In this document: in pieces, positions 1-14,400 of the stretch | Layout: each line of letters begins with the position of its first letter | Position numbering within the stretch: position 1 is the stretch's first letter | Translations under genes and position numbers: made by a program | Assembly (NCBI GenBank): GCA_030141605.1 | Contig: JAQGDQ010000087.1 | Coordinates: 558,001-622,000 of the forward strand | Source: Tubiluchus corallicola | Lineage: Eukaryota > Animalia > Priapulida | Length of the DNA stretch: 64,000 bases | Reading direction: 5' to 3' | The notes under the pieces: model-generated | The model's input: the letters and a program-made list of their open reading frames with translations, nothing else | Database searches by the model: none | What the model was told of the DNA's origin: nothing

Positions 1-2263
1 GACAGCCTGAATTACATTCATGATTTGAAAAGTTCAATCATTATGGATACAGGAATAAATAAGCTGAATAAACTTCATACTTGCATAAATCTTTCCATTT
101 ACAGATAATAGTCATAAGACTTACAATACTACAAAACTGATTACATGAATAATGGGATGACAAAAATAAATCAGTATTATTATTGCTATAGGTTTAGGCA
201 TATAATGCAGCAAACAAATGAAACAAATACTGCATATATTTTTAGTACTTTTGTACTGAAAGGTACATAGGCGGGAAGGCATAGGATTAACATGTGAAAC
301 TTTGATAGTTTTCCATCAAAAAAATGTGAATGCATATTTTCAGAAATTTGCAGTGCATTATGAAAATAAAACTTCCATGTTGCAAATTTCAAATTTTTTA
401 ATGGAAAGAGAAACAGTCCAGTAGTTTAAAGGGTTTGCTCAAATTTTTATCTAATTTCTCGAAACCAAACAATTAGCTCAACCACATTTTTTTCATTTTG
501 ACTGTACCTTTAGATAACGATATAGCCTCATACTGTGTGACATATGAGAGCCACAACTTCACACAGCCATATGCAGCCACAGTGTTTTTAAGTTTTCAGT
601 GCAATACTCACAATGGAGTAGGATCGGCAAAGAACTAAAGAGTATGTTTGCCTAAAATGCTGTACGACTAAAACATTTCTTCAAATCATAATTAGTTAAC
701 TATTTTGACGTTTTTTTTTTCATCGCCAATATTATTAGTCATTTCAGCCCAGCTGCTCAGAAAAACTTCGAAAATAAAGTCGAGTTCAATTGTAGCAAAT
801 AATTCTGGTAAAGAAAAATTTGATTTGGCTAAATGGCAAAGTAGAATTCCAGAAAAAAATATGTCAAACTGAATTTGTCAGGATAATTCATTAAAGAATA
901 CGTCAAATCAAGGAATGGTGATCACTTGCAATTTGAAAAGCAAGTCATAAAATAATATAAGAAGAAAACAATGAACTACAATATGTATACCGCAATATAC
1001 AAATAATGAAAAAGCTAGATAAAAAGCACCTTTCATCTAAAGCATCTATAAGTTACTACAAATGCTCTCTTTTGCAACGGACTGGCATTTTACTTCACAA
1101 ATTTACAATTTGAAGATGTTGGCACTTCCACACTTCCGTAACTAATAATAACATTCGAGTATTGCAGTACGAACGACTAGTGCAAATCCATCACAAAACA
1201 AGATATGTCAGGAATCAAAAAAAAAACTCAAACAATAGTCAAATAGCAATTTACATTAATATATACATATGCTTAATCACAGCATAATTCTCAAGAAAAG
1301 TTTATTTGCAACATTTCTAACATCGTACTTTATATTGTTAATAGAAATGAAAGCTCACACAAATATACAGAGGGAAACTCTAGAGACTTCAATTCCATGG
1401 TGTTGATAATGAACTAGCCACTAGCAAGTGAGTTAAACCTGATGTAATGTTAATGTGATATAATGTAGAATGTCGTGATCACAGCCTGTTGATTAAAACA
1501 GTGAGTATTATAGCTTTATAAACTTCATAACATATATTTTAAGATCAGAATATACCCACACCGCCTGCTGATGTACTACAATCGTCTGAAACAAGGCATA
1601 TAATTCTGCAAACCTCAGTGGCGGCTCGTAGATAACACTAGTGGGGGGTTTTGCTTCAGAAAATTTATACCATTGTTTTAACATTGCGTAAAACGAAACA
1701 AAAATACAAAATGAAAATTTATAAATAAGCTTGATAAATAGTTTAAATTGCTACAGTTCAAGCCTGACCCATTCATTTAAAAATGAAATCCATTCTTCTT
1801 GTTTTACTTTGCACGAAAAGATTAATAAAAGATTAAAAGATTAATAAGTCAAAAAGAAATGCCATCCCTTACACTTGCACAACAGTCTCTCCACCCAGCA
1901 CTCTCTGTCGTATCTCAGACATGTGTGCTTAGCCGCATGAGCACGAAAGCCAAACACCGCGTCGCTGGAACTGTGAAGAGCACAGCTCTGTCACGTGCAC
2001 TGGTTCCGAACAAGGATTTACAAGTAATGTACAAATATAAAGAAAAAAGACTCACTATATTGAATATTATCGATAATACAAATATAAAGAAAGAATTAAA
2101 GAAAAGACTCATTATATTGAATATTGTCGATAATATCGAGTGAAAATAGGGGTGCTGCAGTTCCACAGTGCCTATACATGAGCCGCCACTGGCAAACCCT
2201 GAATCATTACCATTGGTAGAAGCAGTAACCCTAAATGATCAAGGCATGTACCAAGTCACCAGT

Positions 2264-2480
2264 TCAAGCACTGGACTCTTCACCAAGAGTGCTAAAAACT
2301 TCATCCTCTATGCCAAGAAGAGACTGGGGATCGGTATAGAGCTCGGACATCGGTGCGTCCTGAAAAAGTTCTTGCAAGAACCTCCGAGCGGTAAGTCGAA
2401 ACTTATAGGTGGCGAGCAGGTGTGCCATACTTGAATATAGACAAGTGTCGAGAAATGCTTTGGTAAAATGCTGCTTCAAG
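2264..2480 (-). CDS. RICTOR: RICTOR terminal exon 35 (FLDTCLYS...FRLTARRFLQELFQD...stop)
   Basis: TTTCAG| acceptor; C-terminal homology; TGA at 2264-2266. Confidence 0.94.
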
Positions 2481-5400
2481 CTGAAAGAATAAAATTATAA
2501 TAAAGGAGGAGCTTGGCATGAAGTGAAATTGGTAATAAGTGGAAAACCTAATATTCGATAAAATAGCAATGTTACTTACTTTAGTAAGCCTTGCTCAGTA
2601 GACTTCACAGCCACAGAACTGCTAAGATTTACTATCAAATGCATAACTTCTTTTCGCAGTGCTATCTTTCCTTCTAAGCTGTCCGTCGACCATTTCTTTA
2701 CTACAAAAAAATATTGGAATTTAGTGAGGAAGAAGTAAGACAAGCACATTTGCTCCACTAGTCTGTCATAGTAGACTACTAATTGGTATTTGAATTCAAT
2801 CCAAACTAATGCCTCATAAGCACATTTGTGCACCTTCTCTTTACTTTATAACCCCTTTCCGTTAACGTATCAAGTGTGATGCCTTGTATAGGAGAGTCTT
2901 ACAGTCCTTGTTAACATACGGGGAGAATTTGTGTGCCTCTAATGGACATTATAACTAGTGATCACAAGGTTCTCTCACAATATTGTTTGCAGCTCAGTCT
3001 TGAGTTTATATTAAGGACTTTAATAGCTTGTTTTGGATAACCGACCAAAAGAAACCAAGCATAATCAATGATAGGTTTTGAGTTAGTGCAAACATGACGC
3101 AAAATTTTTAAATTCAGTTTACAATACCCAATAAGAATGTACAGTTTAAACATTGCTGATTCCACAGCAACATCGGCTCTTAGGCCATTTTTACGATTAA
3201 TATCTTCTTTTCAACAACAACAAACCAATAGAGTCCTACTAATTGTCTTGAGTCTGAAATCAGTAATATTAGCCTACTAGATATACCAATTTATTGTTGA
3301 CTTACCTGAATCAGTACTGTCAACACTAGTGCAACTGTGAGGTGTAGCACGTTCCGCACTGGGCACACGACTACGTTTTCCACCTTCTGAAACTTGGACA
3401 ATCCTAGCCGAGTCAGTGCTTAGCAAGTTCTTGTCAGTCGACGCTTTGACGTCGGGTGTTTTTGTTTCTGCGGATTCGTCATCGGGAGGTACAATAGTCA
3501 AGTTGAGAAATTCTGCTTCTTCTAAAAAAACAAGATAAAAAATTTATGAACAGTATCCAAGAAACAATGAAACTGAACACCAATGCAAAATATGAACACA
3601 GATGTAAGCTTCATGACAAAACCATTAATGAAAGAGCAACATATCACTCTGCCTTTATTATATTAACATTACACACCAAGTTTCACTAAAAAAAGAAAAT
3701 GATTCTAGATTTGAATCCCAGACATGTCCCAGATACAGCTTCATTTGGGAAACAAACTTGCTGAAATAAATTCAAGTTCAATAGCAACATATTCACATAA
3801 CTTGTTTAAAGGAAAATTTATCACCTAAATTTAAAGGACAATAAAACACCATTCATAAATAAAGCTTAATAATTCATCTTGAAATTATTTTCTATCACTT
3901 ACATGCTGTCTTCTTGCACACAGAGCTTGTGTTAGCAGCAACATTGTATAAAACTTGTAATTTCAAACTCCCGCGGTGACTGTTAGGAGAAGCCATTTTA
4001 AACAAGTTTAGATGACATTGTGCAAAGTTTGAAAAGATAATCAGAGCTTTTGCAGCATTTGTTTCATTAAGTAGTATTCAAATAGGCAAGTGTAATACTA
4101 AGTAACATAACTACGTATGAAAAGTTTCTTTGTAACATACTTTAAAATTCCCTTTTCTTTTCCTTTAACATGGGTTTATTCATGCAAAATGTCATACACC
4201 TTAACAATTTAATGCCTTACCTGCTCCAACTTTTCCTATCACAAATGAATCTCTAGCGACGAGAGAACCACCACGCCTCCTGTAAATTCTTAAACATCCC
4301 AAACAAGTGTCTGGATCATGGTTTTCCAGACCATCATCTTCCACAGGCACACTAGTCGGAGACTGGAGGTTGTCGACTACAGCTGCAAAAGATTGTTGAA
4401 TCCACACCTGTACATTACTTATACATAACAATTATTAATACATGCTTGTCCATGAATATCTCAGTTATACAGTACTTTTTAGTTCCCTAGCAGGTTAGTT
4501 AAAATGATGTTATGTTGTTCACTAACGAAAATCACTTACGACCAAAGTCCAAAAATTTTTCATCAGCATCAGAAATGACCGAAGCAGAAGAAGATATTTG
4601 GACATCTCCATTCTCATCCTAAACAAAAAATGACTCATTTCTCTTAAACGACCATTTATAGCCTCATTTAGCATTAGGATCTACAAAACTGGTAAATTCC
4701 ATCACTTCTGTCTTACAAATGCTAAGTTGTTCTATTATTAAGAACTGTACTGCTTACGTGAAATATCATTCCGACATCAACAGGCAGAACAAGACCAGCA
4801 TATTGTGGCCCTGTTTGTGAGTCAGTAAGCGATCGAATCGTGCTCCGAGATGGGCTTTGCAGTATGCTGACTTTCTTCTCCGGTAAAGAAGAGAAACTTG
4901 ACTTGCGAAAGCTGAAACAATAATTTAATATAAACAGTTTTCACAGGTAAGTGCTGTGCAGCTATGCATACAAGAGTGTTCTAGAATATTCTAGTAAGGA
5001 AAGAAATAAAAAATGAGCTTTAAGACAATGAGGCTCAACAAAACAATTAAATACTTCACTATAAAAATGGCAGCAACACACAGTGAACAGCTCTGCTTGT
5101 TAAATGCCCAATAAAACCTATTGTGTACTTGTTTTTCTACTAGTAAACCCATTTAATCCAATCTAAACTCTGAGAAAATCGTTGCTTCCACTAACATGTC
5201 AATGTTGTGGAAGTGCATTAGAAAAAGAAAATAATACATTTCAAAAATAAAGTAAAAAATGCTGAAGTGTGAAAGTAACATAAACTTTTACGTCTTCTAG
5301 TAATATTTCTGTAAAAATGAAAAGTTATTGTATAATGGAAATGTTTTCCAAAGAAAAACGTGCTACAATAATTTCAGCAACAGTTAATTACACAATTACT

Positions 5401-8400
5401 AACATGATGTGACTATCATTGTTGTAAGAAGCAATGAAAAGAATGAGCAGAAACATAGTCTGAGATCAAGTTGCAACTGCGACGTGAACTTATATGTATT
5501 ATAATGGAATGGCAGAAACTATAATCATTTAGTGAATAGAGGAGTTATTGCACCAAGTTCTTTACATTGTACGAAAAGCTCAGATTTCAAGCAAAAAAAT
5601 TAACCTTATTTCAAAAAAAATGCAAATAAGAATGCAAAAGTTCTTATTTCAAGGTGATGTGATTTTAAACTATATTATATCACAAGTGAATCTGTCTGAA
5701 TGTGGGACAGTATCACACTGGTTTAGACAATCAACTTTTAATCTGTCTGAAACTAAGACAGTATCACAACTGTTTAGACAATCAACTTTTAATCTGGTGG
5801 AAACTAAGACAGTATCACAACGGTTTAGACCATCAACTTTTAATTTGTTTTAATACAGGACAGTATCACGTTGGTTTAAGCAATCAATTTTTAATTCCTC
5901 AAGGCCTCAAGCCACATCAGAAGTGTCTTCAAGTTTGCTAAACTAAATCTCTAATAATTACAGAAAAATAACTTACAGTCATACAACTGAGACGAGCTGC
6001 TAGCTAAAGCAGAAAAAGCTCTCACCTAACAAAATAACAGTGCCAAAACGTGATGATCACTCAGCACCCTACATAATACTGTGCTGCACTGCAAGCACAA
6101 TAGGAATCAGAACCACCAGAGAATGTTTGCACAACAATTTTTTCAGATAATAATAAATCACTCTAAAATTTGCACAAACAATGATTTAGGTGTGGTAAAA
6201 AGCTACTTGCTTACCTGGAATAGGTTTAAAAGTTGCACAACTTCAAATTTTGCCTCTGGACATAAAACTTAGAAATTTCGTTGAAACAAAAGCCACAAAT
6301 AAACATTAGGATGTGATAAAGTAAAAGCAATTAATAGCCTGTATGAATGCCAGTATTTGAGGCATGCAATGAAGTTCTACTGTGCTAAACTCATGTACTG
6401 TTACTATGACAAGTGCTCACCCTCCACTTGAAATATCCAGACCGTTAAATTTGGAAAAGAGCAAGTCGGCAAATACTTCGTGGTCAGGTGGAGGAGTGAG
6501 CTCCGAATTCTGACTTGTGCTGCGTGATCGTTGCAGATTGCGTAATGTTGCAAATCCTTGGGCATCTCTGGAACTAGTCAAAACAAACAAAGATAATACT
6601 GGCATAATATAACAAGATTGTGCAGTTTGGCTACAACAAAATGATATCAGCAGATCGAGTTTAGACCTGCTACCAAAGGAAAAAACTAGAACAAAACACT
6701 AAGGAACCGCATGTCATAACAGTCATTGCTCAGTGCATTAGAAAAAGAAAATAATACATTTCAAAAATAAAGTAAAAGAATGCTGAAGTGTGAAAGTAGC
6801 ATAAACTTTTACATCTACTGGTAATCTTTCTGTAAAAATGAAAAGTTATTGTATCTTTTCAATATCACCTTGGTTTAGACAATCAACTTTTAATCTGTCT
6901 GAAACTAAGACAGTACCACCTTGGTTTAGACAATCAACTTTTAATCTGTCTGAAACTAAGACAGTATCACATTGGTTTAGACAATCAACTTTTAATCTGT
7001 CTGAAACTAAGACAGCATCACATTGGTTTTGACAATCAACTTTTAATCTGTCTGAATGTGGGACAGTATCACATTGGTTTAGACAAACGAATTTTCATAA
7101 AATTATCAAGTACCTTGTGAATACTACTGACAAATCGCCATGTTCGGCTAGTGCTGCACCAGTGGGTTGGGAAAGCTGTCGCTGAACGCTTGGTATTCTC
7201 TTCAAATCCAGTTTCCTCCTTGCCGATTCCGAATGGTGGACGGTTCGTCCGTCCAACGTATTTATCGATGATATGCTGGCGATTGGACTCAGTAAGGCCG
7301 GCTCGTTATACAAGCGTGGATTTGATTCGCAAGAGCTAAATCCGCTGGTTGATTCATTGCAGCTATCTGAACGGCTCTTTGTACGCTGACTTTCATTGCT
7401 GTCACTTCTCTCATCCCTGCATACATATTGCCTGAACGATTTAAATTGCAAGTTTGTTGGTAAAGACGATCACAGCTCATTTTTTCTCGTATAGGTTCCC
7501 CATCCCATTATTATAAAGCGAAAATAGTCAACATTTCTATAAAGATTTCACAACTTTACAAGCTACTTTGATAATGGCGCTACGTAGTATTAATAACAAG
7601 TACAACAACTATATACTCACACCTCGGACTTTGCCAGATTTTGCTTTTATGGATATCAGAAGAATTGAACAAAATCTGGACTGTTAAAAGGACCCACATG
7701 CTACGGACACAGTCCGTTGTTTAGCGAGTTGACTGCTAGTTGGCGTGTCGTCACTTTGTTTACATCATTACATCGTGTAACCAAGCAGTGTGTAACAACT
7801 GTACTTAATATGATTGTTTCTACGTATATTATAGTGCACAAAACTGAAGACGACATAAAAATAGTAAAAGCTCATTGCTCACACAAAAGTATCTTATTTA
7901 AGCATGTGCAGAAAGAATATAGAGTAAATTATGCAGTTATTTGAGTCAATTGCTGGCAGTTTTTATATACTTTTGCATAGGAGCGGCCAATACTAGACGT
8001 TTTTTGAGACAATTCTACATTATCGTGAATCTAATACATGGCACCTACTGTATTAGCTTAATAACGGTAAATATGGACAATCGGCAAATTCGAACCGACG
8101 TCTCCTCACTATCAGCCAGCAAACCGAAATATGAGTATAGTGCCTAGTCGTTTGTGTATGCTAATTGCTTTCATACTGCTGCATTTGTAAAAGTTACTGA
8201 AAACAATCTTGATCATAGTTATCATTGTCTTGTGCCAGTTTTTTATCTTTAACTATTATTTTCAGTTTTACAAAATCGCTTGTACTTGTGAATTTTGATA
8301 CTGAACTTGAAAGGCAGGAAATGTAGAAAAGTTTGCATTCAATCTAGATGTGATCCTTCTCCTTACATTGAAAATGCTATCAATAGTATGACAGTTAAAC

Positions 8401-11400
8401 GTAAATTCACATGTAACAATGCAAATGTAGACAAACAGTATAATTTAATAAAATTAACATAACCAATGACAAGATAAAACGTGCCTTTATTTTATCAGTT
8501 TGTCAGTTTCTTTAGCTGATGTAACTTCCAATTTTTATTAGCACCTAAAATGGCAATATGTTAGTAAAAGTAATTCTTACTTAAAGCTCCCACTCCTAGG
8601 TTTGACCGTCAACAGCTGGGCTGTAGGTTTGACCACTTCTCCGCCTGCAAGTGACAGCTGAACGGGTTTGTTGGTAAAAAATGATTTCACTTCGCTTGGT
8701 GAATGTATTCGACCTACACGGCGTGTTTTTGTTGACCTCACTACTGGTGGCGACAGCTCAACACCCGTGTCAAACCTGCCAGTTTTCAAGAATCGAGTTT
8801 TCAAAGTTAGTAAGACAGTACACATAAAGTGAAATTGGCTAGACAAGCTTTAAGGAAGACTGGACGATTGTTTAGACTCAATCTCATTTTAATTTACTGT
8901 CCAAAATATACATTTTCTTGCCTATAAAATTTAACACTTGTTCCTTATATTTGAATAATTAGCTTAGATAGTTAATTAACGGCAGCCGAACACAGCTATT
9001 GCTTACGTCAGAAACTAACCACAGTTTATGTAATTACACAGGCATCTTCCCTTGCGCGTCAAGCACATTTGCATAGGTGTTACAGTACTGCTTAAATCAT
9101 GATGTCACGAAAAATGGGCTTTACATCATATGACGTCATGAAACTAACACAGCAGTTCGTGATCATGGTTATCATGGTACCGCCTTCTATTTGTCGGCCA
9201 CGCGAATGTGACAAAAAGGTGCCGTTGCCAATCTTCATACATTCACTGAGCCGCGCGTAGCTTTGAAAGTTTAACGAAATTTGAATATCCGAAATCTCCC
9301 GTCATGAAAATGCTATTCTGACTGGACTGTATGAAGAAAACAATGCAGTCATGCAAAATAACAATTTCATTTGCCAGTAGCAATGATACCTGCACATGTC
9401 AGGCACACTTTATGAATCGAGCTACTGAAAATAAACAGAGGTGTTGTCCTCTGTTGGCTATAGTTATATATAATTAATAAAAGTTAATATATAGGGCACA
9501 AAGGCTTTGATAAAATGCCTAGAGAATGCAGAACATATATACTAGATAGCGCAGATGACTGTGGCAAGCCTAGCTAATTGCTAAAGACAATGCTTGCATG
9601 ACAGACTGATTCAACTGACAGACATGTCATATCCATGCTTCCTCAATAGCATAAACAATGAGAATAGTACGGTGAATGAAACATACAAATACATTTTGAG
9701 AAGTGATACCCCATACATTTAATAATCAAGTTCAGTGTTAGTTAACTTTGCAGACGGGCACCCGCCGTGACTATGCGGTTATTCTTCTCACCAAAATAAT
9801 ATAGTAAAAGATAAGTTGAGTTGAATATTTATTACAACAATAAAAATACAATCTCTATACCTGTTTCTCTTCAAAATGTCTTCCTCTGTTCCATCGCATT
9901 GTGGTAAAAATTTGACTGAAGCCGGAGCAGATATCTTGCGCTGTGGTAAAGTTTGTGCCCGCTTCAGTGCACAAACCCGATCGTCTAAAATAGGAGTATT
10001 TGTCTGCAAGTTCGTTAACGGAAGCGGATGCTGTTTCTCACTGATGCGTTTCAGCTCCATATCTATGAAAAGAAAAAGCTGATAGCAATGCGGTTAATGA
10101 ACTTGAGCCATGTGATATAATCACATAATTCAATAATTTTATCACTGGAAGCTGAAAACAGGTCTGGTTTCACAAAGCCATCATGTCACTTACAAGAAAA
10201 ACGTAGGCGGTACTGTGCCGCCTTCCGTAGTGAAAGGGTTAATAGTTAAGTGAATATAATAATGACATCGTTAACTTAGTGACACCGACCCCAAGACATT
10301 TTAATATGCTCTTCGGTCTCTCCAGAGCAGCAGCTGCAATACACATCTCTTAAAAGTTTCTTTGACACCACAATATGCGAAAAAGTTAATAAAACTGTAA
10401 TTCGTCTGAAAATGTACAGCACACATGCAAAATTAACATTTTCTCATTTATATATATATATAGAAAGCTTTAAGTCGAAATAGATGTAATTGGATGTACA
10501 GTAGCTTCTTTTAATAAAATGCCGCCTTTTTTCATTTTCCCATGTTTCGTTTTCTCTTTGGGTAAAAGATTTCAATGACAAAATGGCTAGATTTTTTCAA
10601 TTTTCAAAATATGACGCAATTACCCAACAAGTTAAAACACTGAACAAAATTTGTTATAAAACATTCTCTTTGCATAGCTTGTGTTCGTGTACTTACGTTG
10701 TGGTATATCTTCGTCTATAAAATATTCAACTTCATCTTTTAGAGGAGAGGTCTTTGGCGAAGCCTCAATGCCTTCTTTGCATGGACTTGGATTGTTGGAA
10801 CCAATGTAAAAGAGCCTATCGTCATTTTCATGAGGAATATCTAATACAAGAGTATTTTTCTTCAGCTTTGCAACAGTTTGATGATCTATGGGCTTGATAG
10901 GATCAGAAGGTGGGTTAGAGAGATCGGTTTTCTCTGAACCTACACTGCTAAAGCTGTCTACCATGCTATTTCGGCTAAAAGAAAGAAATAAGACAAAATC
11001 AAACAAAAAAATATTATGTGTTAAGGTATTAAGAAATGATAAACCCATTAGACTAAAAAGTTATCGTAAGTGTAAATAAGCAATTTAATACTTTTTCTAT
11101 TTTTCTGATATGGTCTGTTTTTCTGATTGTTATCACTTTTTATCTAAACAAATAAAAGATCAGCAAGAAATAGTTTTTATCGAAATAAGTCCCCACCACA
11201 CAAAGAGTCATGAGAAATGGCAAAACTAGATAGTAAACTAGGTGTTCTTTATTGAAAATTGCAATCATAACACTCTTTTTCATGATTATGCCAGATTTTA
11301 TCTATTTGTATTAGTTTTTCCCATTCAAGAGTGGACAATCATTTCTGTAGGTACTCTGCCGACAAATTATTCAGAGTGGAGATGTAAGATGGAAAGACGT

Positions 11401-14400
11401 CTTTCCATCTTACACTTCCGCTCTTAATAAGTAGCAAACTATAACGCAACGCTACCAGATGCAAGTATCATCTACATCATTTAAGGTCACTACTTGCTGC
11501 GGCTACTGTCATTAAAAATTTGTACCAGTTAGAGAACTCCAGCTCAGAAAAATCATGCTCTTCGATCACAGGCCAAATGTCATGACGAGTATGCGTGACG
11601 GACTCCCAACCTAGCTGCTGCAGTACTTCTACACCTATCCGTGTAGAACCCAACAAGCCAAGTACGTAAAAACATGACCTAAATAACAGTAAATATCAAA
11701 ACCTCATCACACACAATCGAAAAACTCAAGCACCCGGTGATGTTCTTCTTAGTAAATTTAAAGGACAAGAAAAGGGGCACCTGAAGAAGGTTTCAGAAAA
11801 ATCGCCTGAAAAATTACATTACTTCACAGCAACTTTATGCGTACATCGTACTCGCGTTAAAAGGAATTTTTGTTTGTTTTCATTTTAAAACTCCCGTAAT
11901 ACTGTTCCGACGGCGCCATTTCATGATGTTACTTATGCAAACGTAAACCAGGGGAAGAAAAGGCAAAGTTAGATTATGTCCCAAAAACTTTCAGGCAAAT
12001 CTGTATTATTTAGCATGTCGTTTGCCTGCTGGAAAAACTTATATAACTAGAAATAATAATTAAAAATGTTCGTGCCAATTGGCAAAATGTCGCTGGCTCA
12101 CCCTCCAGGGTGAGCCACTCACTAACTAAAAATGTATTTTTAATCTTATTGACAAGATACAGTAATTTAACATTTTACCTAGTTAGAAACATGTATGCTA
12201 CGAATGTTCTGATTATTTTTTCAAACTTCACGTAATGTTATGTAAACTTGCTTCAAACGGCCTCCCATCAAAATGGCTGCGCCCAACGGTCACCACAGGA
12301 GTTTAGATTTACAAGTTTTACACAGTGTTACTGCCGATGCAAGCACTGCATATGCAAAAAGGCAGTACGTAAGTGGTATAAAATTTCAAGACGAATTTTT
12401 CAAGCTTCCTTTACGTAACTGCAGGGTTTTCTTGTGCTTGAAATAATGTCACTTAATAACGAATTTCTGTTAATTTTAATACAGTAGCATTTAAATTAGT
12501 GAATAAGGACAATTATCAAAATTCTTCAGCTTTTTCAAATAATCCACATTCTGCAGCATATAAATTAGATTTGCAGAAATCCGGGTAGCCACTTACTGAA
12601 TAAACACTACAGTAAATGTACCAACGCACTGAATAAACACTGCAGTAAACGTACCCACTTACTGAATAAACATGGCAGTAAACGTACCCACGCACTGAAT
12701 AAACACTACAGTAAACGTACCCACTTACTGAATAAACATGGCAGTAAACGTACCCACGCACTGAATAAACACTACAGTAAACGTACCCAAGCACTGAATA
12801 AACACTACAGTAAACGTACCCAAGCATTGAATAAACACTACAGTAAACGTACCCAAGCACTGAATAAACACTACAGTAAACGTACCCAAACACTGAATAA
12901 ACACTACAATAAACGTACCCACGCACTGAATAAACACTACAGTAAACGTACCCAAGCACTGAATAAACACTACAGTAAACGTACCCAAGCACTGAATAAA
13001 CACTACAATAAACGTACCCACGCACTGAATAAACACTACAATAAACGTACCCACGCACTGAATAAACACTACAGTAAACGTACCCAAGCACTGAATAAAC
13101 ACTACAGTAAACGTACCCAAGCACTGAATAAACACTACAATAAACGTACCCACGCACTGAATAAACACTACAATAAACGTACCCACGCACTGAATAAACA
13201 CTACAGTAAACGTACCCAAGCACTGAATAAACACTACAGTAAACGTACCCAAGCACTGAATAAACACTACAGTAAACGTACCCAAGCACTGAATAAACAC
13301 TACAATAAACGTACCCACGCACTGAATAAACACTACAGTAAACGTACCAATGCACCGAATAAACACTGCAGTAAAAGTACCCACGCACTAAACAAACACT
13401 ACAGTAAACGTACCCACGCACTGAATAAACGCTACTTTCTTCAGCCAATTTTATTATGTCTGGAATGATGTCCATTTCATACAGCAGTTCGACGCCAAGT
13501 TGGGTAGCTCCTAGATGACCCTATATAGCAAAAAATATATGTAAAAATCATTAATGTATCTTGTCATTGGTATCCTGTAATAGCTGTTTTTTATTGTGAG
13601 TAACACAACCAAACGTGACTCGCAGCCTGTCTTTCACGACTAAGTAACAATAAAACACCTACATAAAATGTATGCAAAAATATATCAGATACAAAAACCA
13701 CAAATGTCTTACCAAAGCCCAAACAGCGCTTTTCAGTTCAATTACTTCTTGCTCCGAGTCCATCCTTCGTGAGCGAATCAGCTGTGACAAGGTTTTGATG
13801 TGGTCTTGTGAAGTCAACATGTCAAAACCTTCCCGATGCTGAGCCAGCTGCCCATAAAGATGAACAGGTACAAATACATCCTTGAGATTTTGCCTAAAGG
13901 AAAACAAATTTCTGTTACAGAACTTGCAAAACCTTGTTGACATTATAGAGGCTTACAAGATTAAGTGTATACACCAATCTTGAGGATGGTAAAAATCAAT
14001 GAAAACATCTCTTTTGGTGAAAAATTGTAAATAACATATAAAAAAAAACTGCACACTAATCAGGATAAAATGCAAAATAACAAGCAACATAAAAAGATTG
14101 GGTTACGAAGTTCAGGAAGCTGATAGTTCTCGCTGAATCTGCTGAGGTATAACAGCAAGCGAATATTTTTGTTCAGATTCATTTTAGTATTTAATTAATC
14201 AAAACAAGGAAAAGAAGTGTTACAGATGTTGTCTGAATAAAAGTCATGTCTTTTCTTAAATGGGATGATGGCTGTCATTGTTATTTTAAGAACTTGTTTC
14301 GCCACCAATCAGTTAATCAAAACAAGGCTAACAGTGCAATGTCAGACAGAAAAGTAAAAACAATACAACTTGTCATATTTTTTCTATCAGATAACTTAAT

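Noticed and set aside
2038-2140. 57-bp direct duplication in the RICTOR 3' region
   Set aside because: Only two diverged copies; nothing suggests function
2225-2266. Stop-codon readthrough of RICTOR
   Set aside because: Context TGA-ACT is not a known leaky context and another in-frame stop follows about 11 codons later
12590-13432. CRISPR array
   Set aside because: Head-to-tail units with no unique spacers, no cas genes, inside a eukaryotic intron
12725-13468. 219-aa and 213-aa ORFs
   Set aside because: Other frames of the 33-bp minisatellite
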